From Callorhinchus milii (lineage: Eukaryota), in assembly GCF_018977255.1 (NCBI RefSeq), contig NW_024704742.1, positions 73,844,001 to 73,908,000 on the forward strand: a stretch of DNA of 64,000 nucleotides, read 5' to 3'. A program made the translations under genes and the position numbers. Position 1 is the first letter of the stretch. Each line of letters begins with the position of its first letter. Under the pieces are notes generated by a model, which did not search any database, was not told where the DNA came from, and was given only the letters and a program-made list of their open reading frames with translations. Shown here piece by piece: positions 50,395 through 64,000 of this stretch.

Positions 50395-51575
50395 GGTCCT
50401 CACAAATGATGTCCTCTCTCTGTGTGACCAGGGTTAAGTCTGCCTCCTTGTCCTGGACCTCCCTGCTGCTTTTGATACAGTCGATCATGCCATCCTCCCC
50501 CACCATTTCACCTCCCTCATCCACCTTAGTAATACTGCACTCTGTGGGTTCAAGTCCTACCTGACCCACTGCCACTATGTCTCTGAAAATGGTTTCTCCC
50601 CTCTTCCCCACTGGGTCACATGCAGCATAGCCCAAGGCTCCAACCTTGACCCCCCCTTTTCCTCTCAGTGATATCATTCACAACTTCCACATGTATGCAG
50701 ATGACACCTAAATCTACTTTCCTCTTCCAGTTATGGTCTTGCAATGTTCTGGCCTCTTGTTTTTCAGATGCCTAGGTCTGGATGAACTCCAACTTTTTGC
50801 AGCTGAATGTTGACAAGTCAAATCCTTAGCTCCTGTCAACATCTTCTCATGTGCGGCTCTGACCTCCTTAACCTCCCCACCTATCCCTCAGATTTATTCA
50901 ACTGATGGGTAACCTTGGCTGTCCCCAGCTGTCTTTCCTTCCACACATCTGGTCCCTGACCAGGACCACCTTCCCCCACCTCTGCTACATTGCCCGCCAC
51001 CAACTATATCTCACGTCCTTAAGCAAACCTTATTCATGCATTTGTTACCTCCCGCCTCGATTATTCCAATGTGTTCACCGTTGATCTCCTCATCTCCATT
51101 CATAAAATGCAACTAATTCAAAATTCTGCATCTCATATCCTCACCCACACAAAACTCTGTACATCCACCATTCCAGTCCTTATCAGACTCCACTGGCTCC
51201 TACTACTGAATGGATCAATCTCTAGATCCTAACATTCACACAAAAATCCCTTCATGTCCTGGGACACCCCCACTCTTCTACCTGCCTCCTCTGCTCGGCA
51301 AGTTCAGGCCTACTGCATGTCCCTCCTCCACTTCGCTCCACCAATGTCAGTCATGCCTTCAGCTACTGCCCTCTGAAACTCTGGAACACTCACCCTCAAT
51401 CCCTTCATCTTGCCTCCTCCTTGCCCGCCTTCAGATCACCCTGAAGACCTTCCTCTTTGACCACCTACGGTCGGTCACTTCCCCCCACTTCCCAGCTCAG
51501 CGTCAGGCTCCACCACTTGTTAAGCACTCCGAGATGCTACCCTGCATGAAGGGTGCTATATAAATGCATGTTGTG
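50395..51575 (+). mobile_element. Degraded L2 ORF2 (RT to 3' tail)
   Basis: LDLPAAFDTVDHAIL, MYADDT and SRLDYSN remnants; L2 tail variant. Confidence 0.88.
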
Positions 51576-52153
51576 TTAATGGATCACATTTAACAAATCG
51601 ATAAATATTTTACCTGATATTTTCTCAGTGTGTATTCACTATATAAACAAAATGTATGTTTGTATGAACATTCCCGTGATATGACATTGACTCAATCCTG
51701 GTTCCACCAGTGTAAAAATCACATTTGACCATATCAGTCTATTCTTAACCGATAGCTTCAATCCCATTCCCAACCAGATGTTTGTCCAGCTCCTTCTTGA
51801 AACATATCCTATAAGCCTTAACTGCTTTCTCTGGATGTCTAATGCTGCAGACCCTCTGCTTTTTGGGGTATAGTTTTCTAATCTCCAGACTTGCTGGAGG
51901 TTTACATACAAAAACATGATAACATTTCAGACAGAGTATACTAGTGATCCATCTAGTTTACCACAGCTTAAGCAACTTACATTTACAAAACACCCTTCAT
52001 GCAGGGTAACAACTCAGAGCACTTAACAATGTCATAGTTTGATGCCAAGCCAGGAGGGAAAAGGGGAAGTGACCATAGGCATGGTCGAGGGAAAACCATC
52101 CAACTTTCCAAAAGATTCCTTCAACACATTACAGACATGTGATATTTACAATA

Positions 52154-52582
52154 TCAGCCTGGCTCAGAGAGTAGCATCTCACTTCTGGAACAGAAGGATG
52201 TAGGATCAAGCCCTATGTCAGCACTTTGAACTCACATAATCTAAGCTGATGCTCCAATGCAGGTTTAGGGATAAATTGTATTGCTGGAGGTGGCCATTGA
52301 ATGATATGTCAAACCAAGATGGACATTAAAGGTGGACACCTGTTCAAGTGGACATTAAAGACCCCGTGGCAGCACTCAAAAAAGGTGTCCTGGCCAACAA
52401 TCTACCAAATATTGGTCATTCACTCTGAATGGCTGTTTGTGGGGCATGGCTGCGTGCAAATTGGCTGCCGTGTTTGCCCATGAAAACAGTCATTCCACTT
52501 TAAAATACAGTATATCCTGTAAACTACTTTGGGATGCCCTCCTGATGTAAAAGGTGCTAAACTAAAAATGTAAGGATTAGTA
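52154..52582 (+). mobile_element. Old DeuSINE-type SINE
   Basis: tcagcctggctcag head, body and tail. Confidence 0.8.
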
Positions 52583-54724
52583 TTAGTACTAGCCACATAC
52601 AATACCACATTGGTTTATCTAGTGCTGGTTTAAAACGAGTTTTTGTTTTGACCTATTGCACAACCTAACAAGAGAGCACACATTCCATTCCAACAATCTA
52701 TCTCTAGGATTTCCATGTGTCGGTGGGATACACGGAAATCTCAGCTTGGTTTGGATACTCTTAAGCACGGTGATGGGTTTACGCATGTGTCAGACACCGG
52801 CTGACAAAAATAAATAATTAAATAAGATTTCCAGGGGATTTCTGACATTATCCAATATTCTTTCTGGTTTTTTTACATACAGTTGTACAACTTGGACATG
52901 GCACATCCTTACAATTGTCTGACTTGCTTACCTTGACTAATTTGCTATACTGAGATCTATCATAGACGTTTTGGTTACTTTATTCCATATGATGTTACAA
53001 CCACAAGTATTTTTTTCTCTGCTTAATCTTATTTTAAATATGACATTTCTACTTTATTTTCTCTTAAAAAGAGAGGTTACTGAGGATCCAAAAGATTGCG
53101 CTTCCCTTGATCAATAAATGCCTTACATTTCTCAATTGATTTTTTGTTACCATTCTGGACAGATGATATAAAGTCACATTGTGTGCAAAGAACATTGGCT
53201 TGATCTAAAGGAAATGGAAAGTTTAATGTTTTTATAGCTTGGTTTCAAGAGTTCCTGTTGTAACTTTCTTGCAGGAAAGTCTTGGTAAATTCAAGAGAGG
53301 TGTTTAAATGCAATCTGTTTGTCATCCTTACAAAAAGTATCTAGCATTGTACATAGGGAGGGGCCACAAGGGTGATTCGTGGTTACTGTATGGCAGGGCA
53401 GCAAACTTGGTAATTAATGTGCTTTAAATTAAAACTTTATAATTTAATGGTTAGAAATTACGTAGAGTCGAACGGCTCCCTTCAGACAGTGTTCTAAATG
53501 TTGGAGTCCATGAAGCTGGATTATCCATTGTATTTACGATTAGTAAAAAAAGCAGCTTTCCTGTGAGTTTTTCATTAAAAAAAATTCCTTACATTTGGTA
53601 CAACATCTTTGACACGGGAGGACACCTGAAAGCACTTCACGGGATATACTGTAAAGTGTAGTGACTATATATTTTGTAGGTGAATGCAGCAGCCGATTTG
53701 AGCACAGCTACACAAACAGGCAGGGAATGAATGACCAATTTTATTTGGGGGATTGTTGGCCAGGACACCAGGAGAAATTCTATTTTCAAATAGATCGGCA
53801 CAGTATCGATTCAATTCCAATATTTTGTTGCAAAGCACATCTTAGAGCCAGCTCAGCAACAAGGTAACACCAGTTACCTCCCCCAAGATTTTGTTAAATG
53901 TCACCAGTGATATTATTCACTGAAAAGGTGCAGCAGCTTGTCTGGGCTCTGCTGCTCGGTACCCACTTTGCTCTCTTGAGGATGAGAATTGTCAGATGTG
54001 ACAATTCATTTGTTTGGATTTTAATTTCAGGAGCTTTGAAACACAATGTAACAAATAACTTGAAATTTCACTTAAAGAGCAAAGCCTGGGGTTATATTGC
54101 AAACATCACAGTATCAGAAGCCAAGTTATTTGTTTCTGTAGAAACCTGGTTTATAGAGATTACGAGGGCATTTCTCTTGAGATTTAATTGCAAGGGAAAA
54201 CTTATATAACATGTAGTCTGCTTTATTAGTAAAATCCATCTTGTTAGCTGCACTAGAGTGTTGTAATTGGGATAAATCCTATTTATGTACATGTTTGTAA
54301 GGTCCACTCTTTCCATGTGTTGTATCCCAAGTTAGTGTTGTCTGCCCCTGGTTGGGAAAGTGCCAATAAGGTCTCCTCCATATTTTGTTTGTAACCCAAA
54401 TGTGTCTCTGTGCAGTCAGTATCTTAATCTGCTGCTCAGCACCAGTTGGAATCACAAACTGCACGTTATGATTGTGACAATGTTGGTATCCAATGCTGCA
54501 TTGTTTACAGTGTTGTCAGGATATGGTCAAAGGTGTTTTGAATATGAATTGCTAGGCAGATGACATATCTGTAAATGTACTGTACATTTGTCCCATAGAT
54601 TGCCAGATCCATCATTTCCACTTGCCGTATCTCTCAGAGATACATGTCCACTGTTTTCAACCCATTTATTGGAGAATATATTATCCACTGACAACAGCAG
54701 TTTAGTTCCCTCAGAGCTTTTCTA

Positions 54725-54945
54725 TAACAACAACATTAACAAGAAATTACATTTGTATAGCACCTTACACGTTGGGAGGATGTCGAGAAGCCGCTGGACA
54801 AATAAGATTTGGACATGAGCAGAGAGTTGCGATCAGGAGGGGTGGAAGGTAGAGGTAGGAGGGTGACTAAAGGTACGGTTGAAGAGGAGGGTCTTGAGAT
54901 GTGCCTTGAAAGAGAAAAGGGTCGGAACGAGACAAAGGGATTGTG
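54725..54945 (-). mobile_element. L2 3' fragment
   Basis: L2 tail and C-terminal remnant. Confidence 0.75.
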
Positions 54946-55899
54946 AGAATTGAATCATGTCACAAACCTCCTGTGGGGTTATTGCTGTTTCAGAGAGCAT
55001 AAAGAGTTGCACACTCTATATTGAGCAATATTTACGATATTTCTTAAGTGTTCTGTAGATTAACAAGCACTCTAGGATGCTACACTGCATGAGGGGTGCT
55101 ATATAAATGCAAGTTGTTGTTAACACTGGCATTAAACTTGAGGAATTCCAAGGAATATTGCAAATATTACCCTGATACGGTTTCAGTCAAATTTTCTAAG
55201 GTAACATATTTCACTGAAAATACCTGCCTAAAAGCCTTCGAAGAACGTGCTGAGCCTTAATAATATGAACAATTCTCACTCTGCAAATCTTTTAACTGGG
55301 ATCATTTCTGCAGTATTTGTAGTGGGTGATAGAACTGTAAACATACCTATTGCTTGAACAATGAGGACTATAAAGAAAGGGTTAGATATCAGTGTCTAAT
55401 CAGGAACCTTCAAATGTCAATTCATTCTGTTCTTAGAGCTTCCATCTAATTAAATTCTGTCCAGTAGCAGTAATACTGACAGTCAGACTTGATTTAGCAT
55501 CTCAGTTCAGTACAAATATCAACAGGAGGTACTCACCCAAAACAAGTTATATCTGTTGGAATGGAGGAGTAATAGGGAAGCCCCTGTGCAAGACTGTAGG
55601 AATTTTGGGAGTTCAACACAGGTGATTTAATACAATAGTATAACTTTCTTCAAAGTAATTGCACAGTGTCAGGAGTTTGTAATGTGACTTGATGCCATTA
55701 CACAAGCTATGGCAACTAATAGCACTCACACAGACCGACAAGAAGCAAGCCTTAATTCACTCCTCTTACTCTGAGAGCTCTTGCCAATGAGCAATTCAGA
55801 TCTATGCTCAGTTTGTTGTTAATCAACAACTTGGATTGCCAGATATAGCCATGGCAATTTCAAAGCATAAAATACTAGACTTTCAGTTAATTTTCCTGC

Positions 55900-56600
55900 A
55901 GGAGGACATCCCAAGGCACTGGACAGTCATGGATCTGCACCCGAGCTGGTGGTTGGGATCAGGAGGGGTGGAGGGTGGGAAGGGTAGGGATGGGAGGGTG
56001 ACCAAAGGCATGGTCGAAGATTTGGATCTTGAGATGGGTCTTGAAGGAGGCAAGGGAGGAGACAAGGCTGACGGACTGTGGGATGGAGTTCCCGAGGGTG
56101 GGGGCAGAAAGGCTGATGGCCCACCCACCAATGGTGGGGCGGGCAAGACTGGTGACATTAATCAGGCCAAAGCCCGCTGAGCAGAGGGAATGGACAGGTT
56201 GGTAGGAGGTTAGGAGGTCACAGAGTAGGGAGGAGCAAGGCCGTGGAGGGCTTTGAAGGTGAGGATCAGGATCTTGAACTGTATCCTCTGAATGATGGGG
56301 AGCCAGTGGAGTCGGGTGAGGATGGGGGTGATGGGGTCACAGAGCCTGGAGCGGGAGAGGACATGGGTTGCAGAGTTCTGGATGATCTGCAGCCTGTGGA
56401 GGGAGGAGTTGGGGAGGCCGACAAGCAGGGAGTTTGCGTAGTTGCGTAGGATGTGATGACCGTGTGGGTGAGGGTCTTGGCGGCCTGCGATGAGAGATAG
56501 TGGCGAAGCTAGGCGATGTTGTGGAGTTTGGAAAGGTGGAGTTGGTCATGGCACAGATGTGGAAGATGAAGGACAATTGAGGGTTGAACAGGACGCCGAG
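55900..56600 (-). mobile_element. L2 ORF2 3' fragment
   Basis: LGVLFNPQLSF...; collinear with 21470-22126 in reverse. Confidence 0.88.
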
Positions 56601-56784
56601 TTTTCCATATTGGCTCTGTGAGGTGTAGATTGCGTACATGAATACATTCCCGTTAACCACAGACTCTCACACTTGTCTAAGCCTCAAAATTCAGACTGAT
56701 ATCACTATTTAAATTTACTGAGAACTGAAACAAAATATAGCTATTAGCAAACCACAATAATATAACAATTATAACAATAATGAT

Positions 56785-57205
56785 AACCCTTACATTTGGT
56801 ATAGCCCCTTATCACGTTGGAAGGATGTTTCAAAACCCTTCACAGCATTTGATGTGAAATAGATTTAAAGGCAAATGTCACAGCATAATTGCCCACAGAA
56901 TGTCCCACAAACAGTCATGGAATGAGTGACCAATTTAATTTGGGGGATTGTTTGCCACGACACCAGGAGACACTCCCTTCTCTTTTCTAATAGTGCCATG
57001 GGGTCTTTAACATCCACCTGAACAGGCAGATGGGACCTCAGTTTAACCTCTCATCCAAAGGACAGCACCTCTGACAATGCAATCCCCCCCCACCCCTCCA
57101 ACTCCCAATATTGCAATGGACTATGTGAATTCAGGCCAAGAAGGGACTTGAACTCACCAACTTCTGACTCAGGAACAAGAGTGCTACCACTGAGCCATGC
57201 TGACA
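56785..57205 (-). mobile_element. Old DeuSINE-type SINE
   Basis: Full diverged copy. Confidence 0.82.
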
Positions 57206-59719
57206 CTTCAATGGGATGAGTCTGCAATATTCCTAACCATATTCACACGGTCACACGAGAAATGCTTCACAAGATGAAGAAGGCCCTTCAGCCTATTTGA
57301 TCTCATTCTTCGAGAATACCCACTCTACAATCTTCCCGTTGGAGCATCAACTATGTATTAGATGAGTCCAGCATCCTGACCATAACCACCCTTCCTATTA
57401 TTGTCAGTAATTACCCATTGCATAAATAAATATTTCCCGGCGTCTGTCCTGAAATTGTCAAAGTAAACTTACTTTGGAGTTATTTCTCCCTTTGCTTCAA
57501 CAACCAGAATTAGACATTTCAATCAATTTCTATTTTTAGCATCATCAATGAATTAGAGTAAGGCATAAACACAATAAGATTCATTCATAATTTTATTGCC
57601 TGGTCTAAAATTTATATGTTCCTATCCTCACCCAAATGTTCAGTCGAACTTCAAACAGGAATCATTGCCTTTGAAGATTTTGTTAGTATAATGTAGTAAG
57701 GATCTGAGATCCTTTCTGATGTTACTCTACTTTGATCTGTTGTCCTTGTTGAAGTCCGTACTCCACTTTCTCAGAGCAACCCCACCCAAAGTTTGTTTTT
57801 GCAGCTTAAATCCTTGCAGGTTTTGTTTAATAGAATATTTACACAAACAACTTCCTTTAATTTCCCATAAATCTAAAGCCACAATAGCACTCTACAAAGC
57901 ACTATACATTGCAGGATTTCCCTTCAAAGCCCAAAGCCTATCCATTTATTAACTAAATTGAAACAAATGTTATGTGATAATGCTAATGTTCCATACTCCT
58001 ATCATTGAGAAAAAGCATTTAATTTCATTATTTCATAATTTAAATCCTAAATAAGCACTGAACGAAATGTTTGCTGAATTTAATGAAATTTGGAAGAGTG
58101 CTTGATAGCACTCCCAACAACAACTATAACTAAAACTAAGTAACAAAACAACTAAAATAAAACAAGTAAAACAACATCGCTTGTATATCACCTGTCACAC
58201 AAAATGAACATCTCAAAGGACTTAACAGATCCCTGTGGTAAAAATTCACCTGGGCCTAGATTTATTAGTGTAGCAATTCAGTGTGAGAATTTGGTTAATT
58301 GATGAATTCAAGCCCATGTTTTATAGTTACAAGAAAAGAACATACAAAATTTGCAGAACTTACAGAATTTGTCCACAAAATACAGTTAAACAACTTTATA
58401 GTATATCTAGTGGAGCGCTTTGAGATGTCTCCACAATGTGAAAAAGGCAAATAGTTTATATCAAATGCAAGAATTATCATTATAGAATTTTTAGAATGGT
58501 GACAAAATCCATGGTGCAAGTTTTTTATGATAGTTTAGAAGGCTGGGAGAGAGAGAGAGCAAGAGTTCCCGAGGCCTGGGGTACAGTAGCTAATGGCCCA
58601 GCCACTGATAAGAGAGATGGAAGAAGGAGCGAGCAGTAGACCAGAATGGTAAAAGCAGATGGCACAAGTATGAGAATAGTACAATTTCTGACCTAAAGAC
58701 AATCCATCCTAACCTTGTGTACAAAACTAAGACATTGTTGATTCTGGCATCACTGTATCTCCAATATAGGTGGTGCTAATAATTTACAGAAATTTAGGGC
58801 ATACTATTAACATTATTTTCCCCTTAGCTGCCCAGATTACGTCACAAGTCTTAATTCACAGACTTAATGGTACATAATATATTTGCAAATTGAACAGATT
58901 TCACACTCACTCCCAAACATACATATTCAGAATTATATTACTGAGGAAGGTCTGACTGGATTCCTGTCTGGAATCTGTTTTAAATGTTCTTTGAATACGG
59001 TTATCTCCTTATGGAGATAAAATATCCTTTCATCCTAACAAAATATCATAGCATGTTCATCATCCCTTAACTCTGCTGTTGCAGTGAAGGCTCACCTTGT
59101 GTAGTTTTGTGAAGTGTATTGAATGACCTGTTTCTATGACGAAAGACCATGTGATGCCAATGAAAACCAAAATATCTACCTCAGAGGAAAGGTTTCACTA
59201 GCTGGTGGAAAGGTCAGAGAGGTAGTTTGAAGAGTTGATGGGTAAGGCATTGTATATTCCATATTGAGTGATTGAATGTTTTGAATTGAGCAGCAACTGG
59301 ATTCTTGCCGGATCATTTTAGTTGTTTGTTTATTAAGGGCACGAGGGCTTAAACCAAATCACGCTTGGTTTCATGCATCTAAAATTGATACTTTTTTTTA
59401 AATGACTAAATTTTTCCACTAGGCAGCCACACAGATCTTTGCTTATGTTATAAAAACAGTTTGGGTTCATCGGGTGATTTGGGATCATTGACATTAAACA
59501 GTATGATTGGGTATCAGCCTGGCTCAGTTGATAGCACTTTCACCTTTGAGTCAGAAGGTTATGGGTTCAAACCCCATGTTGGGACTTTGAACTTATATAT
59601 TTTATCCAGTGCTGTGGCAGAGATGGGTGGGGGAGAGGGGGTAGACAACTTCCTTGCTGTTATACTCTATGGCTCTATTTATAAAGCCAAGGATCCCATA
59701 TGCTTTTTTAACAGCTTTG

Positions 59720-60150
59720 TCAACTTATCCTACCACCTTCAACGATTTGTGTATGTGAACTCTTGAGGTCTCCCTGTTCCTGACCCCCTTTAAAATTGTA
59801 CCATTTATCTTATATTACCTCTCCTCATTCCTCCTCCCAAAATGCATCACTTCACATTTCTCTGCGTTAAATTCCATCTGCCACATGTCTGCCCATTTCA
59901 TCAGTTTGTCTACATCCTCCTGCAGTCTTGCTACTACTCTATCTTGCAATCCACCTCACCCTCTCGCTTGCTTCCTTCAAATCCCATCTAAAGACCTTCT
60001 TCTTCAACCGTGCCTTCAGCCACCCTCCCATTCCCTCCCCTCCATCCCTCCTGACCCCCAACTCCCAACTCGGGTCCAAAAAAAAACCTGTCCAGCACCC
60101 TGGGACATCTTTCCGATATGAAAGGCACTATACAAGTGTAATTTTTTTGT
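59720..60150. mobile_element. CR1 fragment (minus, about 59720-59922) adjacent to an L2 3' end (plus, about 59950-60150)
   Basis: WADMWQMEFNAEKCEVMHFG on the minus strand; L2 tail on the plus strand. Confidence 0.8.
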
Positions 60151-61427
60151 CATTGTCTTTGGGAAGATGGGAACTCAACATCTATCTGGGCTACTGCACC
60201 TCCTAAAGAGGTCATAGCTAGAGTTGGACACCATCTATTGAGGATGATTCCCAGATACACAGGGTAGCATTACAAGTCAGGGAGACTGTGTTTCACTGGA
60301 TGCTTTTACTTTATTCATTCACTTTTATTTAACTACATTACATGAAAGGTGCAATACAAATGCAAGTGATTATTATTTTACTGCCTTAATTTTGAATTAG
60401 AGGCTGGGGAAGCAGAGACTCTCTCTCTCCTTCTATTGACTATTGCAATGGAATCTAGACCCTTTCCTTGAAACATCGGACATCAGTTGTACTCACATGT
60501 GAAGTTTCTAGGTTACCAGGGAAGCAATTTACTCACACTTTACTGGTAGTTTTATTGTTAATGGGATTTTTATTGTACACTCCCAACTGTTCACCAACTT
60601 TTCACATCAATATTCCTGATTTTCCACCTGTGATATCTCTTCATTGAGTTTATATTGATTCAAGGATACCAATATGTGTCAAAATTGAGCTTTTTTAAAA
60701 AAAAGAGTCCATATTCCAGGAGATGAAATAACAATAATTTCTTATTGGATATAGAGCTTTTTCATGACAAATCATTTTAAGGCGCTTCACACAATTACTG
60801 TGAAATGTAGTGACAGATGCTTATCTTGGCAAAGGGGCAGATAATCTGTGATTACAGTGTGCACAAACAGCATAGATCTGACCAATTAAACTCTCTGCAT
60901 GAGAGCAACACTGATTTGTTATATCTTTAACCACCTCTTGTCTAGACAGCAGTGATCAGCAATAAGCCACGGAGACAAGATAGCTCATAAACCATTATAG
61001 AGATTAAACAAATCTTTGCGGCTAATCAAGTAGCATTGGAGAGAGTATCAATTGCTCCTGGCTATTGTGGTGGAGGTTGCATCCCATATTATGTTAGATT
61101 CCTCTTAATTTTAATAGGGAGGGTTTCTGGTGAGTATGTGTCCATCTAAGTCTAGGAAGGCTTGTGGGAAGTCCACCTATAATGTAATCCTTGTTAGAAC
61201 AGTCAAGAGGGAAACATCGGATCTCATCATTTCCTCATCCAATAATTGGGCATTGAAATGTCTTGCTTGATCTTATAAAGAAAGTGTCTGCTTGATCTCT
61301 AATTGTATTGAGTGGAGGGAGAAGCAACTTCATGATGCACAATTGGTCATCCAATCAAAATGCAGTCATTTGTTTGCCATTCCTCCATCCTGCAGATCAA
61401 AACATTCTTCTGTCTATACATATATCA

Positions 61428-61965
61428 GCAGAAATTCCACATCAGTCAAAATTTATTGTACTTAAGTAGCATTCAGAGTATTCAGAATCTGGCAAATTGT
61501 TGAATTCAGTCTTAACTTTCAAGCTTTTTTTTGCTGTTCTTAAAAACACTTACTAAAATGGTTTTAATGTAAGACTATTTACGAAATTACCAAATTCTGG
61601 ACATTCTAAAATGTTAATGGAGTAAATTGAGACGCAGGTTAAATCTCTCCCCCATCAGAATGTTTTATTTACTCTGTGGATTCTGTCGAAGCATTAAGCC
61701 CCACAGATCCCTTCCTTTGGGATCTGAGACCTGAAATCCCATTTGTCCTTAGTTTTCTGATCATTGTCTTATGATTTAAGACCGTGCAAAATTTTGGAAA
61801 ACTCTTACATCAAGTCTCAAGTTGGAAGCTGTTTTTTTGCAGTAATTGACAACGATCTGTGGGGCAGCGTTTTCAATTTAAGACTGAATTTAAGAATTTT
61901 CCAAAATTCTGCATGACCTTAAATTGTAAGAGAATGGTCAAAAGATGGAATTTGGGGCCTCAGAA
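61428..61965. mobile_element. Two adjacent palindromic MITE-like elements (about 61428-61653 and 61725-61965)
   Basis: Self-complementary arms related to 22683-23032 and 25337-25451. Confidence 0.55.
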
Positions 61966-63749
61966 TTTCAAACTCACTGGAGTTGAATCCAAATTGCATG
62001 CAGCCGTGCACACTCATCACACAACACAACTACTGGTTCCAATACAACAACAACAGAATTACATTTGTGTGGCGCCTTTCACCTCGGGAGGATGTCCCAA
62101 GGCGCTAGACAGTCAGTGTTTCGCACGGTCTTAAATCATAAGACAATAATCAAAAGGCTAAGGACATGTGGGATTTCAGGTCTCAGATCCCAAAGGAAGG
62201 GATCTGTGGGATCTAATGCTTAGACAGAATCCACAGAGTAGACAAAATACAACTATCATACTATGTTGAATTGATTTAACATTTTACCAGAAAGACAATA
62301 AATTGAAATATCTAATTTCACTTAAAATGATTATTTGAAATAAGGATCAGTTTATTTGATGACATCAGAATATATTAATATAATCCTTGCATTTGATATA
62401 TAAATTGCTATTAAAATCATTGAAAATTTGGGTATAGAAGAGGCCATGCAGTTCACTGTTGATAGTTGGTCCCTCACTATAGCTGTCCATTCTTAATCCC
62501 ATTCGCCTACTCTTTCCTGATTTTCTTTAAAAATGTTTCTCAAGTATGTATCCAATTTCCTTTCCAACTTATTCCACATTCTAACCTATCTCTGTGTAGG
62601 TTAGAAATATGTCTTTGAACTTCCCCCTCCCATTTTCTCCTGGTAATAATATTCAGTTTATACCTTTTTTGTTACTGACTCGCTGATCAGACAAACTATT
62701 CTCAGTCTATTTATTCCTATCAATGGCATTCTTAATTTTGTAAACCTCTATCAGATTTCCCCCTTAACCTACACCCTACTTTAGAAGTTGCCCCACCCAT
62801 CCAACATCCTTCTGAATGGCCCCATAATAATAATAATCCTTGCAATTGATACAGTGCCTTTCATGTCAGGAGGATATCTCAAGTCACTTCAAAGGATTTT
62901 GTGAGCAAACAGAGCAGCCAATTTGTACACAGCAACGTCCCACAACCAGCCATGAAGTGAATGACTTTTAACCTGAATTTGCAGAACACCTCAGTTTAAC
63001 ACTGAAGGACAGTATCTCTAATAATAGAGATTTAGCCATGAGCAATATTGAGCCCAGCTGCAGAGAATCACTTTTATGCGGGTACTTAGAAGAAGCTTTT
63101 CTGAATGTATTGAAAATAATATTGGCGATTAGCTGCAAAAAACAATTAAAAATGATAAATGCCTCCAATATCTTTGCATTTAAGTTTCTTTTGGTGTTGC
63201 GTACATTCTCCTTCGATCAGATGGAAAATGACTCATATTTACAAGCCATAATAAAAATGCATATCAGAATTCTCCTAAAGCTACCATGTATTGTAATGAA
63301 TTCGACAGCATAACCAGTATAACCAGTGTATGAGTGTTCCTAGCTGTAACTAATTGAAGCTAAGAGTAATGTAGAAATTGTCTGTCTCTTAATATTTTGT
63401 CAATGCATATAATTAATTAGTATCATGTTGCTGCTTTTTGGACTCAATTTCTTTCTTTTTTTGCCAGCATTACATCAACTTGACACATTTCACAATGTTG
63501 CTATGTTGTATACCAACAGCCGGGCGGGTGATTTTATGCGGCCCGCGATCATTTCCATCATTCTAACTTCCCTCCCTCCCTGGTGAATGTTTTCCCAGGG
63601 TAGCAGCAGGAGCCGGTGGTTGGGAGGCTCAGCACCCAGACCCAGACCAACCTGGCAGCTTTGCAGGGACACAGCCGACTAACTACCCCGGTTTGCAGAG
63701 AGGGACACATTAATTAATAATAATAATAATAATTAATTATTATTATTAA

Positions 63750-63965
63750 TAATAATCCCTCCAAAATCAAAAACAATAATTAAATTGGTCATTTTCAATC
63801 TACGACTGTTTGTGGGACATTGCTGTGCGCCATTGGCTGCCGCGTTCGCCCACAAATATACAGTCAGTTCACTTTACAGTGTGTTCTGTGAAGCGCTTTG
63901 GGACGTCCTCCCGACGTGAAAAGCGCTATATCAAATGCAAGGATTATTATTATTATTATTATTAT
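63750..63965 (+). mobile_element. Young 5'-truncated SINE with a long (ATT)n tail
   Basis: Near-identical to the young short-form copies. Confidence 0.9.
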
Positions 63966-64000
63966 TTATTGCAGTCTGTCAGGAAGGCGAGCGCGGCTCT

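Noticed and set aside
61000..61140. APGYCGGGC string resembling a TGF-beta cysteine motif
   Set aside because: The other cystine-knot cysteines and a supportable exon structure are absent, so this is likely chance.
8293..64000. Exons of expected syntenic neighbours (e.g. PARM1, which lies 3' of RCHY1 in human)
   Set aside because: I searched by eye for the conserved C-terminal motif and found nothing. Short or divergent exons could have been missed.

Overview
Eukaryotic, repeat-rich vertebrate genomic DNA. The repeat content (CR1 and L2 LINEs, tRNA-headed DeuSINE-type SINEs with L2-like tails, a Penelope-type remnant) points to a cartilaginous fish, probably a chimaera such as the elephant shark; this is an inference. 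The only protein-coding gene I can support is the 3' part of RCHY1 (Pirh2, a RING-H2/CHY zinc-finger E3 ligase). It has six + strand exons between 1860 and 8292 with canonical AG/GT sites and one continuous frame. The remaining ~55 kb has no recognisable exons and is a mosaic of truncated LINEs, SINEs, palindromic MITE-like elements and tandem repeats. Nearly all ORFs in the supplied track are repeat-derived or spurious. I found no clearly new gene system. The most interesting signals are in transposon biology: young SINEs whose 3' stem-loop matches the local L2 tail, nested insertions joined by tail microhomology, a decayed hammerhead-ribozyme motif, an inverted duplication fused to an L2 tail, and several unclassified repeat families. 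Repeat boundaries were read by eye and are approximate.
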